A DNA stretch of 64,000 nucleotides from Gemmatimonadales bacterium. GTDB lineage: Bacteria; Gemmatimonadota; Gemmatimonadetes; Gemmatimonadales; GWC2-71-9. Of this stretch, positions 45,739-54,917 are shown in pieces. The notes under the pieces are model-generated. The model had not been told where the DNA came from and did not search any database. It saw only the letters and a program-made list of their open reading frames with translations. A program made the position numbers and the translations under genes. Position 1 is the first letter of the stretch; each line of letters starts with the position of its first letter. The DNA is taken from the NCBI GenBank assembly GCA_035604455.1, contig DATNIM010000021.1:1730-65729 (forward strand), given 5' to 3'.

Positions 45739-46602
45739 GTGGCTGATCTCCGGCCCCTGGACTTTGGCGAGCTGTTGGATGGTTCGCTGGTGATCTATCG
45801 CCGGCAGTTCGGGCTGTTCCTCCGCCTCGCGGCGATCACGCTGGCGGTTCCCTTCCTTCTCCTCGTCTACGTCGGCGCACGCTACTTCGGGTCGCTGTCC
45901 GTGTTCTTTCGCCTCCCGAGCGTCGGTGAGGGGCTCTCGATCCTGGGCGTTGCGATGGCGTTCTACCTCGCGAGCGTCGTCCTTACGGCGGGGACGGTCC
46001 GCGTAATCTCTGACTCCTATCTCGGACGGACTCCGACCTTGCGAGAGGCCCTGGCCTTGGGCGTCGCGAAGCTCGGCCCGCTCGTGTGGGTGGGACTTGC
46101 CAAGGGAGCGATCCTCGGACTGATCGGCCTTGGGATCGCGGTGCTCGCGACGTTGCTCGCCGTGTTCGCGCGAAGCGGCGGGGTCGCGGCGGTCGCCATC
46201 CTGGTCGGCAGCCTCGGCGGCTGTTGGGTCATCGGGTTCGTGCTGTGTGGCTATGCCGTGACCACGCCGATCGTCGTCCTCGAGGCCCTGCCGCACGCGA
46301 CTGCCGCGTTTCGACGGTCGTGGGAGCTCACGAAGCAATACAAGCGCAAACTCCTGGGTCTCTGGCTCGTCGCGTTCCTGCTGACGAACACATTGCCGTC
46401 CCTGGCCTTCCGCGCTTTAGGGGTCTTGGCGCAGGGGCCCTGGCCGGTGATCGGCCTGGCGTTGACAGCGGCGGGGTACGTCCTGCCCCTGGTCTTGGCG
46501 CCGATTCTCGCGGCGGTGATCACCCTCATGTACTACGACCTCCGCGTGCGTCGCGAAGGCTTCGACCTCGAGATGCTGGCTCAGCACCTGGAGTCGCTCT
46601 GA
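45739..46602 (+). CDS. Polytopic membrane protein (first gene of the MoxR cluster)
   Basis: GTG 45739: VADLRPLDFGELLDGSLVIYRRQFGLFLRL..., about six TM segments, ending YYDLRVRREGFDLEMLAQ. The upstream part of the track ORF overlaps the divergent gene. Confidence 0.7.
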   Translation: MADLRPLDFGELLDGSLVIYRRQFGLFLRLAAITLAVPFLLLVYVGARYFGSLSVFFRLPSVGEGLSILGVAMAFYLASVVLTAGTVRVISDSYLGRTPTLREALALGVAKLGPLVWVGLAKGAILGLIGLGIAVLATLLAVFARSGGVAAVAILVGSLGGCWVIGFVLCGYAVTTPIVVLEALPHATAAFRRSWELTKQYKRKLLGLWLVAFLLTNTLPSLAFRALGVLAQGPWPVIGLALTAAGYVLPLVLAPILAAVITLMYYDLRVRREGFDLEMLAQHLESL

Positions 46603-46661
46603 CGGCGGGCGGGCCCACACTGCCCATTCAGTCGGACTCGCTCCGGCGCGCGCTCGCCGAA

Positions 46662-47216
46662 GTGTTTGCCCGGCCGGCCTACCGATGGGCAGAAGGCTAC
46701 ATCCCGCTGCGCGGGTTGGCACGCGCGATCGGGCGTGTGCTCGCTTGGCTCGGTGCACTCGAGCGGCGTCATCCAGCGGCGTCGCGCGCCGTCGTGGTGG
46801 GTCTCGTAGTACTCCTGGCCCTCCTGCTCGCGCACCTGGCCTATGTCCTCTGGAGCGTGACCCGTCCGACCGTTCGCACGTCCAGTCCGGGAGGTGGCGC
46901 GCCGAAGCCGGCCGTCGATACCCCGGAACGCCATCGCGATCGAGCCGAGGCCCTCGCGCGGGCAGGCCGCTTCACGGAGGCTCTGTCCCAGCGATTCGTG
47001 GCTGTGGTGCTGGAGCTCGACCGCGGTCGATTCGTCAACTTCCATGAATCCAAGACCCCCGCCGAGTATGTCGGCGAGCCGCGGCTCGACGAGTCTCGCC
47101 GTCGCTCGCTTGGCAGCCTCGTCGCGGCGCTCTACCGCCACGTCTTCGGCGCGGTCCCCTGCGACGAGCGGGGGTACCGGGAATTTGAGGCGGTTGCGGC
47201 GGCGGTCGAGCAGTGA
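46662..47216 (+). CDS. DUF4129-like protein (start uncertain)
   Basis: One TM helix, then RHRDRAEALARAGRFTEAL...FHESKTPAEYV...LYRHVFG. The first canonical start in frame is GTG 46662. The reading frame is open from about 46600 (a CTG start is possible). Confidence 0.6.
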   Translation: MFARPAYRWAEGYIPLRGLARAIGRVLAWLGALERRHPAASRAVVVGLVVLLALLLAHLAYVLWSVTRPTVRTSSPGGGAPKPAVDTPERHRDRAEALARAGRFTEALSQRFVAVVLELDRGRFVNFHESKTPAEYVGEPRLDESRRRSLGSLVAALYRHVFGAVPCDERGYREFEAVAAAVEQ

Positions 47217-48430
47217 GCGGGTCGCGGAAGACGGAGGCGGCGCTTGTGGTCGGGCTCCTCGGCGCACTCGGGGTAGCGCTCTGGGCGGGACGGCACGAGG
47301 CGGCGCGAAGTCCCGATGAGGATCCGCGCGCCTCGAGTTTCGGAACCGGCCCGCAAGGGAGCGGCGCGGTGTTCGATGTGCTTGATCGTCTCGGCTGGGT
47401 GGTCGAGCGCCGTCGGCGACCCCTCCTCGATCTCGCCACGGCGCAGCCGCGGCCAGCGGTCTTGCTTGAGCTCGCTCCGGTCATGCCGCTGTCGCCCGCC
47501 GAGCTGGCGCAAACGACGAGCTTCATCCTCGACGGCGGGGCGGTGGTTGCCGCGGGGGAGGGAGGGGGGATTGCCGCGTGTGCGGGATGGGCCCCCGTTC
47601 ACGGCGCCGGCCTGTTGGCCGAGGCCGACACGATCGACGTCCGGTCAGAATCGGGGCTTGTGCTCCCACCGGTGAGCGACGTCTTGGACCGAACCGGCGA
47701 GCGAACCCCCGCGCGGGGCGGGTGCGCAGATTTGGTGGGGCTGCGGGAGGACACCCTGCTCGTCACGCGTGACGGCCGGCCCGTGGTCGTGGACATCCGG
47801 TACGCGCGCGGAGGTCGGCTCACGCTGTGGGCCGATGCCGCCTATTTTCGCAACGAGACGTGGCGCGCCGGCAGCGCCCCGTACTTCGTAGCCCCCCTTC
47901 TCGTGCCCGAACGGGGTGCTGGCCCGATCGTGTGGGACGAATACCACCAGGGTTTCGGCGCCGAAGCGTCGCTCAGCGCGGCGACGTGGCAGTGGCTGGC
48001 AGGGACGCCGGGGGGGTGGGCGCTGCTCCAGCTCGTGGGCGTCGTCCTGGTCGGAGTGGCGGGCGCGGCGGTGCGGTTCGGGCCCGCGCGGCCGGTCATC
48101 GTGCGGAGCCGCCGGTCGCCGCTCGAGCATCTCGAAGCCCTGGCTGCTGGGCTCGAAGGCGCACGCGGCTCGGATGTGGCCGTTCGCCTCGCCGTAGCGG
48201 GCTTGCGCCGGCGGCTCGCGCGCGTGGGGCGGGCGACCTCGGCGGACGACCGCGAGTGGCTCGCCACACTCGAACGTGCGGCCCCAACGCCCGCGGGTCA
48301 GCTAGCGGTGCGGCGGCTAGAGCGCAGCGTACACGAACCCGGCGGACCGGAGCGCGCGCTCGCGGCCGCCCAAGCGGTGGAGGACGTGTGGGAGGAGCTG
48401 CACCCGCGCACGACGCGCGTGAAATCCTAG
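47213..48430 (+). CDS. DUF4350-like membrane-anchored protein
   Basis: GTGA overlap with the upstream stop. N-terminal TM, GAVFDVLDRLGWVVERR, WDEYHQG, second TM, C-terminal helical region. Confidence 0.65.
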   Translation: MSGSRKTEAALVVGLLGALGVALWAGRHEAARSPDEDPRASSFGTGPQGSGAVFDVLDRLGWVVERRRRPLLDLATAQPRPAVLLELAPVMPLSPAELAQTTSFILDGGAVVAAGEGGGIAACAGWAPVHGAGLLAEADTIDVRSESGLVLPPVSDVLDRTGERTPARGGCADLVGLREDTLLVTRDGRPVVVDIRYARGGRLTLWADAAYFRNETWRAGSAPYFVAPLLVPERGAGPIVWDEYHQGFGAEASLSAATWQWLAGTPGGWALLQLVGVVLVGVAGAAVRFGPARPVIVRSRRSPLEHLEALAAGLEGARGSDVAVRLAVAGLRRRLARVGRATSADDREWLATLERAAPTPAGQLAVRRLERSVHEPGGPERALAAAQAVEDVWEELHPRTTRVKS

Positions 48431-49344
48431 GAGCGATCGAACGGGTTGTGCTCGGCCAGCAGGCCGCTACGCGGGAGGTGCTGATCTGCCTCCTCGCCCG
48501 CGGCCACGCACTCCTCGAAGGTGTTCCGGGAACGGCCAAAACGCTGCTCGTTCGCGCGCTCGCGCTCACCCTGCAGGTGCGCTTCCAACGGATCCAGTTC
48601 ACGCCCGATCTCATGCCGGCAGATATCACGGGCGTCTCGCTCCTGTCCGGCACGCACGAGTTCATCTTCCGGCCGGGCCCGGTCTTCGCGGACGTCGTCC
48701 TCGCCGACGAGATCAACCGAGCCCCGGCGAAGACGCAGGCGGCGCTCCTCGAAGCCATGCAGGAACGGACCGTCACGGTCGACGGGACGGTGCATCCGCT
48801 GTCAGAGGCCTTCACGGTGTTCGCCACTCAGAACCCGATCGAGTTCGAGGGCACCTATCCTCTGCCCGAGGCCGAGCTCGACCGCTTCATGATGAAGATC
48901 GTCATCGGCTACCCGGCCGAGGCCTTGGAGCAGGCGATGCTCAGGCGCTACGTGGAAGGCTTTGAGGCTGACCGGCCGGCGACCTTCGGCATCGCTCCGG
49001 TCACAGATAGAGCCGGCCTCGAACGGTTGCGCGGGGAGGTGGAGCGAGTGCACGTCGAGCCGCAGGTGACTGCGTACATCACGGCCGTGGTTCGCGCGAC
49101 CCGCGAGACCGCCTCGTTGACCCTCGGTGCGAGCCCGCGCGCCGGCGTCGCCCTGCTCAAGGCCACTCGCGCGCAGGCGGTTTTGGAAGGTCGCGACTAC
49201 GTCATCCCCGACGACGTGAAGCAACTTGCAATTCCCGTGTTGCGGCACCGGGTTCGGCTCGCCCCGGAGCTCGAGCTGGAGGGTGTGACACCCGACGCGG
49301 CGCTGCGCACCGTGCTGGACCGCGTGGACGTTCCCACGACGTGA
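48388..49344 (+). CDS. MoxR-family AAA+ ATPase
   Basis: HALLEGVPGTAKTLLVRALA (Walker A), VVLADEINRAPAKTQAALLEAM (Walker B / sensor), TVFATQNPIEFEGTYPLPEAELDRF. GTG 48388 overlaps the upstream gene by 43 nt. The start is uncertain. Confidence 0.92.
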   Translation: MGGAAPAHDAREILGAIERVVLGQQAATREVLICLLARGHALLEGVPGTAKTLLVRALALTLQVRFQRIQFTPDLMPADITGVSLLSGTHEFIFRPGPVFADVVLADEINRAPAKTQAALLEAMQERTVTVDGTVHPLSEAFTVFATQNPIEFEGTYPLPEAELDRFMMKIVIGYPAEALEQAMLRRYVEGFEADRPATFGIAPVTDRAGLERLRGEVERVHVEPQVTAYITAVVRATRETASLTLGASPRAGVALLKATRAQAVLEGRDYVIPDDVKQLAIPVLRHRVRLAPELELEGVTPDAALRTVLDRVDVPTT

Positions 49345-50651
49345 TCCTGCCAACCCGCCGCGCGCTTTGGAGCGCCGCCGCCGCGGCGCTCCTCGCGCTC
49401 GCGGGGTACTGGATTCCGGGCGCACGCGCGGCGCTGGTCGTCGTGGATCTGGCCCTCATTGCCGGGATTTGTTTCGACTTCTGGAGCGTCCCTCGGCCAG
49501 GGATCACGCGCGAGTCGTCGACCGCATTCTCGGTCGGCCGCTCGACGCCCGTCGCCTACCGGTGGGCCAATCCGTCAATTCGGCGGCTGCGCTTGCGGGT
49601 CCGCGAGGTGCGGCCGGACCTGCTCGGCGGGCTCCAGCCCCCGCGCGAGCTCACGGTGGAGCCTCGGGCCACGCTGACCGAGACCGTCCACGTCGTGCCC
49701 GCGCGACGGGGCCGGACGCGGGGAGACGACGGCGCTATGGTGGTCGATGCCCGTGGTCCCCTCGGTCTCGGGGTGCGGCGCGGCACCGTCAAGCTCCCTT
49801 GGGGGGCCCTGGTGTATCCGCCGTTAACGGCCGCGCGACTCGCCTCCGTTGCCGAGGCCCGGCGGCACCGGGCGCCGGGCCTGACGCCGGTCCGGCGCAT
49901 CGTAGGCGAGGGGCGCCAATTCGAATCCCTGCGCGATTGGGTCCCGGGCGATGACCTCCATCACATCGACTGGAAGGCGACGGCGCGGCGGCGGAAGGTC
50001 ATGCTGCGGCAATACGAAGTTGAGCGACGCCAGCAAGTCGTGCTGGTCATCGACACCGGACGACTGCTCAGCGCGCAAATCGGCGGAGGCACGCGGCTCG
50101 ACTATGTTGTCCGCGCGGCGCTCGATCTCGCGTACGCGGCGAGCGAGCTCGGCGACGACATCGGCGTCATGGCCTTCTCCGAAGGGGTCGACCACTTCGT
50201 GGCGCCGGCGCCCGGTCGCCGCGGGCTCCGGAGCGTCGTCGAGGTATTGGCCGTGCTCGAGCCCCACCTTGCGGAGCCCGATTACCCCGGGGCCTTTCGT
50301 TACCTGGCCCTCCGCAACCGTAAGCGCGCCCTCACGGTCGTCTTCACGGATCTCATCGACCGCCTGGCGTCCCAGGCGCTCGTCGCGAACGTCGCCGCAC
50401 TTCGCGCGCGGCACTTGCCGCTCGCCGTCACGCTGCGCAATTCCGGGATCGACGCGATCGCTGCCCTCCGGCCGACGGTCGCCGCGGACGCGTATCGGAA
50501 GGCCGCCGCCGAGGAGCTCCTCCGCGCCCGCGAAGACGCGCTGGCCGTGATGCGCGGGGGGGGAGTGGTGGTGCTCGATGTCCCGCCGGAACGGGCCGCC
50601 GAGGGCGTCGTCACGCAGTATCTCGCCCTCAAGCGGCGGGGACGCCTGTAG
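49341..50651 (+). CDS. DUF58 domain protein (vWA-like fold)
   Basis: GTGA overlap with the moxR stop. Two N-terminal TM helices. Signature: FESLRDWVPGDDLHHIDWKATARRRKVMLRQYEVERRQQVVLVIDTG. Confidence 0.85.
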   Translation: MILPTRRALWSAAAAALLALAGYWIPGARAALVVVDLALIAGICFDFWSVPRPGITRESSTAFSVGRSTPVAYRWANPSIRRLRLRVREVRPDLLGGLQPPRELTVEPRATLTETVHVVPARRGRTRGDDGAMVVDARGPLGLGVRRGTVKLPWGALVYPPLTAARLASVAEARRHRAPGLTPVRRIVGEGRQFESLRDWVPGDDLHHIDWKATARRRKVMLRQYEVERRQQVVLVIDTGRLLSAQIGGGTRLDYVVRAALDLAYAASELGDDIGVMAFSEGVDHFVAPAPGRRGLRSVVEVLAVLEPHLAEPDYPGAFRYLALRNRKRALTVVFTDLIDRLASQALVANVAALRARHLPLAVTLRNSGIDAIAALRPTVAADAYRKAAAEELLRAREDALAVMRGGGVVVLDVPPERAAEGVVTQYLALKRRGRL

Positions 50652-50658
50652 CGGTGTG

Positions 50659-51804
50659 CTAGAAGTGGGTCTCGTCGGTCGGGGCGCGCGTGGGCGCAGG
50701 CGCCCGTTCCCGCGGGCGGCGCTCGAGTTTCCAGGCGCTCGTTTGCCAGTTGTCGGGGCGCTCGACGGTCCTCACCCAGGGCGGCAAGGCCAGGCCCAAG
50801 TAGACCGCGAGCGCCGCTGCATACGGTTCGTAGAGGACGCGAAGCTCGGCGAGCTCGTCGGCGAGCCCACCGTCTCGGAGCTTCATGCCGCCTTGGATGA
50901 GGCGGGTACGCAGCCGGTCCAGTTCCACATCCGGCAACCGCTCCGCGACCGGTTCAGTCGGAGGCTTGGTGAAGACCTGGGCCAGGTCGACGACGGCGTG
51001 CCGCGCCATCGCAAATGTGAGACGCGCTTGTCGCACGCAGAATCCTTCCAGCCCCACCATCACGAGGGCGCTCGTATCGAGGATCGTCACGAGTGCCGCG
51101 AGCCACGACTGGTTGTTGTGCTGCGATCGGAAATACGCGAGAGCGGGATAGGAGAGATGACTTTCGAGCACCTCTGCGGCCCACTGTTCCCACTCCCGTA
51201 GCAGGTCCGCCAGCCGCTCATGCTTGGGGTCGTCGCGATGACGCCAGAGGAGTTCCCCGGCGCTCGGCGGTGTCCCAGCGCGGGCGTCGAGCAGCGAAAT
51301 CGCTATCTCGCGCCGAGAGAAGCCCTGATAGATGACCGGCAGATAGCCGATGACGATCGCGAGAAACGCAAAGCCCGTACCGGACTCGACCACTGTCAGC
51401 GCGCGGGCCACCGCCGTTTGGGGCACGACGTCTCCCAGCCCGAGCGTGAAGAACGTCGTGCCGCTCATGTACAGGTCGGTTCCAAACCCGCGCGCCGCGC
51501 CGGGGGAGCTGAGGGCGGATCCGGCGGCCCACTGGAGGCCCCCGAAGGCTACCACGATACTGGCGGCCCAGAGACTGAGGAGCATGAGCAGCGAAAGCGG
51601 GCCGTAGAAACTGAGGAAGGCCTGTTGCCGGCCGCCTCGCAGAGTGGCGGCGATCGCGCGCCAGGGGCGCCACGAGGCGCGATAGAAAAGCCGCGTTAGG
51701 CGAAGGCGTCCGCTCGCGCGGCGCGGCAGGATGACGGTTTCGAAGGCGTCCCACAGCACCCCCCCGAGGAGCAGCAGGGCTCCAAGGCCGACGACCCATC
51801 GCAC
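50659..51804 (-). CDS. Two-TM potassium-channel-like protein with a large cytoplasmic C-terminal domain
   Basis: Pore-like TTFFTLGLGDVVP (TxGxGD) flanked by TM helices. GTG start. Confidence 0.65.
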   Translation of the reverse strand: MRWVVGLGALLLLGGVLWDAFETVILPRRASGRLRLTRLFYRASWRPWRAIAATLRGGRQQAFLSFYGPLSLLMLLSLWAASIVVAFGGLQWAAGSALSSPGAARGFGTDLYMSGTTFFTLGLGDVVPQTAVARALTVVESGTGFAFLAIVIGYLPVIYQGFSRREIAISLLDARAGTPPSAGELLWRHRDDPKHERLADLLREWEQWAAEVLESHLSYPALAYFRSQHNNQSWLAALVTILDTSALVMVGLEGFCVRQARLTFAMARHAVVDLAQVFTKPPTEPVAERLPDVELDRLRTRLIQGGMKLRDGGLADELAELRVLYEPYAAALAVYLGLALPPWVRTVERPDNWQTSAWKLERRPRERAPAPTRAPTDETHF

Positions 51805-51924
51805 AAGACTCCTCCCCGGGCGTTCGTGAGTTCCTCAGAACCTAGCGCGCCGACAAGGCCGGGGAGGCTTAGGGGGGGACGAAACCCCGGGGTCGTTCGG
51901 ATCCCGGGTAGCGAGGTCGGCTGC

Positions 51925-52149
51925 TCAGGCGCGCGCGCGCAGCCCGAGCCCGGCGCAGACCGTAATGGCGAGGTACATGAAGAAGCCGTAGACGCACGCG
52001 GGGTATCCGAAGACGGTGCCCGGAGCACCCGGGGCCGGACAGGTCTGAAGCGCTCCGCCAAAGAGCTCGTGATACGTCAACACGCCGGAGAAGACGAGCC
52101 CGAACGCGCTGATCCCGAGGATGATCCGCAACCAGCCTTTGGCGGACAT
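51925..52149 (-). CDS. Small two-TM membrane protein with a Cys-containing loop (74 aa)
   Basis: MSAKGWLRIILGISAFGLVFSGVLTYHELFGGALQTCPAPGAPGTVFGYPACVYGFFMYLAITVCAGL. AAGGAG Shine-Dalgarno 6 nt upstream of ATG 52149. Confidence 0.45.
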   Translation of the reverse strand: MSAKGWLRIILGISAFGLVFSGVLTYHELFGGALQTCPAPGAPGTVFGYPACVYGFFMYLAITVCAGLGLRARA

Positions 52150-52168
52150 GCGATCTCCTTTGGCCCCC

Positions 52169-52879
52169 TCAGGCCGGGTTCGATCCGGCCTCGCCTGGCG
52201 CCACCACTTCGAGCTCATCCTCGACCGCCACCACACCTGGCGCTCCCCAGGCAGCCGCTTCAGCGGCCGCACGATCAGCCCATGAGTGGACGGTGCCCCG
52301 CAACACGACGCGGTCGCCGCACGTCTCCACCCTCACCAGCGTCGCGTCGCGAGCCGCGAGTTCGGCCCGACGCCGCAACGCGGCTTCGACCCGGCCTCGT
52401 ACGTCTGTCGGTTGCGGGGGCGCATTTGGGCGTAGGGCGACGAGGTTCGTCACCCCGACCACGCCCACGAGCGTCGCGACCGCCTCTTCGGCGGCAAGGC
52501 GCTCAAACGGCTTTTCGACCGTTCCCTCGAGGCGCACCCACCCATCGGCGACCCGCACGACGAGCTGCGTGGCATCGATTCGCGCGTTCCAGCGGAGCGC
52601 CTGCAACGCGGCTTCAGCAAGAGCTTCGTCGTCGCGCTCGTGGTGCGCGTGCAGCCTGACGTCGATGTCGTTGACCACGCCTCGGACGCCGGCTCGCTTC
52701 GCGGCGTGCTCAGCCGCGACCTTCTGAGCGTAGGTCGGCACCACACCAGTCAGCGCGACAACGTCGTCTTTCACCGCCACCGCAATGCCGGCCGCGTCCA
52801 GACTCGGTTCCCAGTTCAGTTCATCCAGCACGTGCTGGCGCAGCGTCTCTTGATCCCTCATCATGCCACCCCTTTGCAT
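52169..52879 (-). CDS. BON-domain protein (three BON repeats, OsmY-like)
   Basis: Three repeats of the type V.V..G.V.L.G.V....... A......GV..V.N.L: VAVKDDVVALTGVV...VRGVVNDIDV, VRVADGWVRLEGTV...VVGVTNLVAL, VETCGDRVVLRGTV...VVAVEDELEV. Confidence 0.85.
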   Translation of the reverse strand: MQRGGMMRDQETLRQHVLDELNWEPSLDAAGIAVAVKDDVVALTGVVPTYAQKVAAEHAAKRAGVRGVVNDIDVRLHAHHERDDEALAEAALQALRWNARIDATQLVVRVADGWVRLEGTVEKPFERLAAEEAVATLVGVVGVTNLVALRPNAPPQPTDVRGRVEAALRRRAELAARDATLVRVETCGDRVVLRGTVHSWADRAAAEAAAWGAPGVVAVEDELEVVAPGEAGSNPA

Positions 52880-52888
52880 GGCCGGGCT

Positions 52889-53599
52889 CTAGCCCGGCGG
52901 TGCGGCGTTGCCCAATGCCATCGGGCGCGCCCCCGCGTTGGCGTCCGCGACCAAGTAGCGCTTCAACCACCCCGTGACGAGCCAATCCAGGTGCGCAAGA
53001 GCGCGGGGAGCCTCGAGCAGCGGCCCCTGTACCGCAACAACTGCAAGCTCCTGAACTCCGCCAAACTTCCCCAGGGCGGAATAGTTCGCGCTCAGTATTC
53101 GCGCATCCGGGCCGGTCACGGCGAGGAGGACGGGGGTCGCGACCTGCGCTAAGTCTCGATCCCCAAGCTCGACGCTTCCGTCGAGCGCGATCGTCGTCTT
53201 CACCTGAGGTCCGTAGAGGGGAGCCGCCAGGAGCGCGGCGCTCGCGCCGAGATGCCATCCGACGAAACCCATGGGTAGGTCTTTGTATCGGGGCGCCCTC
53301 CCAAGCCACGCGGTGACCCTGAGCAACCGGCGCACCAGCAGGGGCAGATCAGAGGCTCCACCGCCCTGGGTCATTTCGCGGTCGGCCACGAGTTCGCAGC
53401 GGAGTGTTCCAAACCGCGAGCCGTACAGCGACCGTGCGAGACCCGCGTCGACGCGAGCGGTCAGACTGCTGCCTGCCGCGTGCCCGAACACCACCAGTCC
53501 GACGGGATTGGACGGCATAAGCACTATGGCCGATAAGAGTCTTTCGCCCGCGGGAATCTGTGCCATCATTTCCACCGTTGGGCCGGGTCCGATCGCCAT
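52889..53599 (-). CDS. Alpha/beta-hydrolase-fold protein, dienelactone-hydrolase-like
   Basis: LVVFGHAAGSS..., FVGWHLGASAAL (nucleophile-elbow position), VLLAVTGPDARI. Strong AAAGGAGG Shine-Dalgarno. Confidence 0.6.
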   Translation of the reverse strand: MAIGPGPTVEMMAQIPAGERLLSAIVLMPSNPVGLVVFGHAAGSSLTARVDAGLARSLYGSRFGTLRCELVADREMTQGGGASDLPLLVRRLLRVTAWLGRAPRYKDLPMGFVGWHLGASAALLAAPLYGPQVKTTIALDGSVELGDRDLAQVATPVLLAVTGPDARILSANYSALGKFGGVQELAVVAVQGPLLEAPRALAHLDWLVTGWLKRYLVADANAGARPMALGNAAPPG

Positions 53600-53722
53600 A
53601 GCAACCTCCTTTGAGACTCAGCCTATCCCTATCGGTGTGAACGCGTTCTGAGATCGGCATGAGGGAGGTCGGAGGCGAGGTAGAGGACGCCAAGGGCGAC
53701 GTCGGCGGGGGCTTCACGGGCT

Positions 53723-53746
53723 GTTCACCGTCCCGTCAGGGTGAAC
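53723..53746 (+). promoter_or_regulatory. Inverted repeat GTTCACC-N10-GGTGAAC upstream of the CBS gene
   Basis: Seen directly. 7-bp perfect arms, about 36 nt upstream of ATG 53782, in the divergent intergenic region. Confidence 0.3.
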
Positions 53747-53781
53747 CGGGCAGGTTGATGCGGGTGCACGAGGAGGTCCCA

Positions 53782-54249
53782 ATGATGAGGATTCACGAGG
53801 TGATGACGCTCCGTCCCGTCACGGTGACCCCGCAAACCATGATCCGCGACCTCATGGGCCAGTTCGACCGTCACGAGTTCAATGCCTTCCCGGTCGTAGA
53901 CGAAGGTGGCGGCGCGCTGATGGGGATCGTGACGAAGCTCGACGTGCTGAAGGCGCTGCGCCCGCAGCCGGAGGCGGGGTTCGAGCCATCTCTGACGTTC
54001 GGTCGCGTCGAGAACATTATGCGTCATGGAGTCGTCGTAGTGGAGCCGGACGATCCTGTCATCGTAGCCGCGGACCTCATGGTCGAAACGCATCTGCGGA
54101 GCCTGCCGGTCGTGCGACGGCCGGGCGGGTCGGCTCCCCAGCTCGTGGGCATCGTGAGTCAGGGCGATCTCTTGCGCGCTTTGCGATTGGGGGCAGCGGA
54201 CCCTCAATTGGCGACGCGGCGCCAAGTGATGGCTTCGGTCGACACATGA
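53782..54249 (+). CDS. CBS-domain pair protein
   Basis: MMRIHEVMTLRPVTVTPQT...FPVVDEGGGALMGIVTKLDVL...IMRHGVVVVEPDD...LPVVRRPG...LVGIVSQGDLL. AGGAGG Shine-Dalgarno 5 nt upstream of ATG 53782. Confidence 0.85.
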   Translation: MMRIHEVMTLRPVTVTPQTMIRDLMGQFDRHEFNAFPVVDEGGGALMGIVTKLDVLKALRPQPEAGFEPSLTFGRVENIMRHGVVVVEPDDPVIVAADLMVETHLRSLPVVRRPGGSAPQLVGIVSQGDLLRALRLGAADPQLATRRQVMASVDT

Positions 54250-54908
54250 GAGACCACGAGGGAATCTTCCGGGACCGGACCGATGCCGGAGTCGACTTGG
54301 CGCGGCACTTGATGCGGCACCGCGGGCCCGGTACCCTCGTGCTGGGTATTCCGCGAGGCGGTGTGGTGGTCGCGGCGGAGATCGCACGCCAGCTCGATGC
54401 GGAGCTCGACGTCGTCGTGGCGCGAAAGCTCGGCGCGCCCATGTCAGAAGAGCTGGCCATCGGGGCGGTGAGCGCGAATGGTGGTCGTTATCTCAATGAG
54501 GACATCATCCGGGAGCTCGATGTCTCGCCTGACTATCTGGCAACGGTCACCGAGCGTGAACAGGCCGAAGCGCGCAGGCGCGAGGCGCGGTTCCGGGGGG
54601 GCCGGCCCGCCCCGCGCGTGGCGGGGCGCACGGTGATCGTGGTTGACGACGGCCTGGCCACCGGGGCCACGATGTATGCGGCCGTGCGCTCAGTACGCCA
54701 GCAATCGCCCGCCCGCCTTGTTGCGGCGGTACCGGTAGGCTCTCGCGAAGGGTGCGCCGTGTTGCGCAACGAGGTGGACGAGCTCGTGTGCCTTCTTGCG
54801 CCGGACTTCTTCGCGGCCGTAGGGAGCTTCTATCTCGACTTCCGGCCCACCGAGGACGCAGCCGTCGAGCGACTGCTCAAAGAATCCGGCACGGTCGCAC
54901 CGGCCTGA
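54246..54908 (+). CDS. Phosphoribosyltransferase-family protein (stress-cluster type)
   Basis: FRDRTDAGVDLARHL...VLGIPRGGVVVAAEIA, PRPP loop VIVVDDGLATGATM. ATGA overlap with the CBS gene stop. Confidence 0.85.
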   Translation: MRDHEGIFRDRTDAGVDLARHLMRHRGPGTLVLGIPRGGVVVAAEIARQLDAELDVVVARKLGAPMSEELAIGAVSANGGRYLNEDIIRELDVSPDYLATVTEREQAEARRREARFRGGRPAPRVAGRTVIVVDDGLATGATMYAAVRSVRQQSPARLVAAVPVGSREGCAVLRNEVDELVCLLAPDFFAAVGSFYLDFRPTEDAAVERLLKESGTVAPA

Positions 54909-54917
54909 CCTAGCCGC

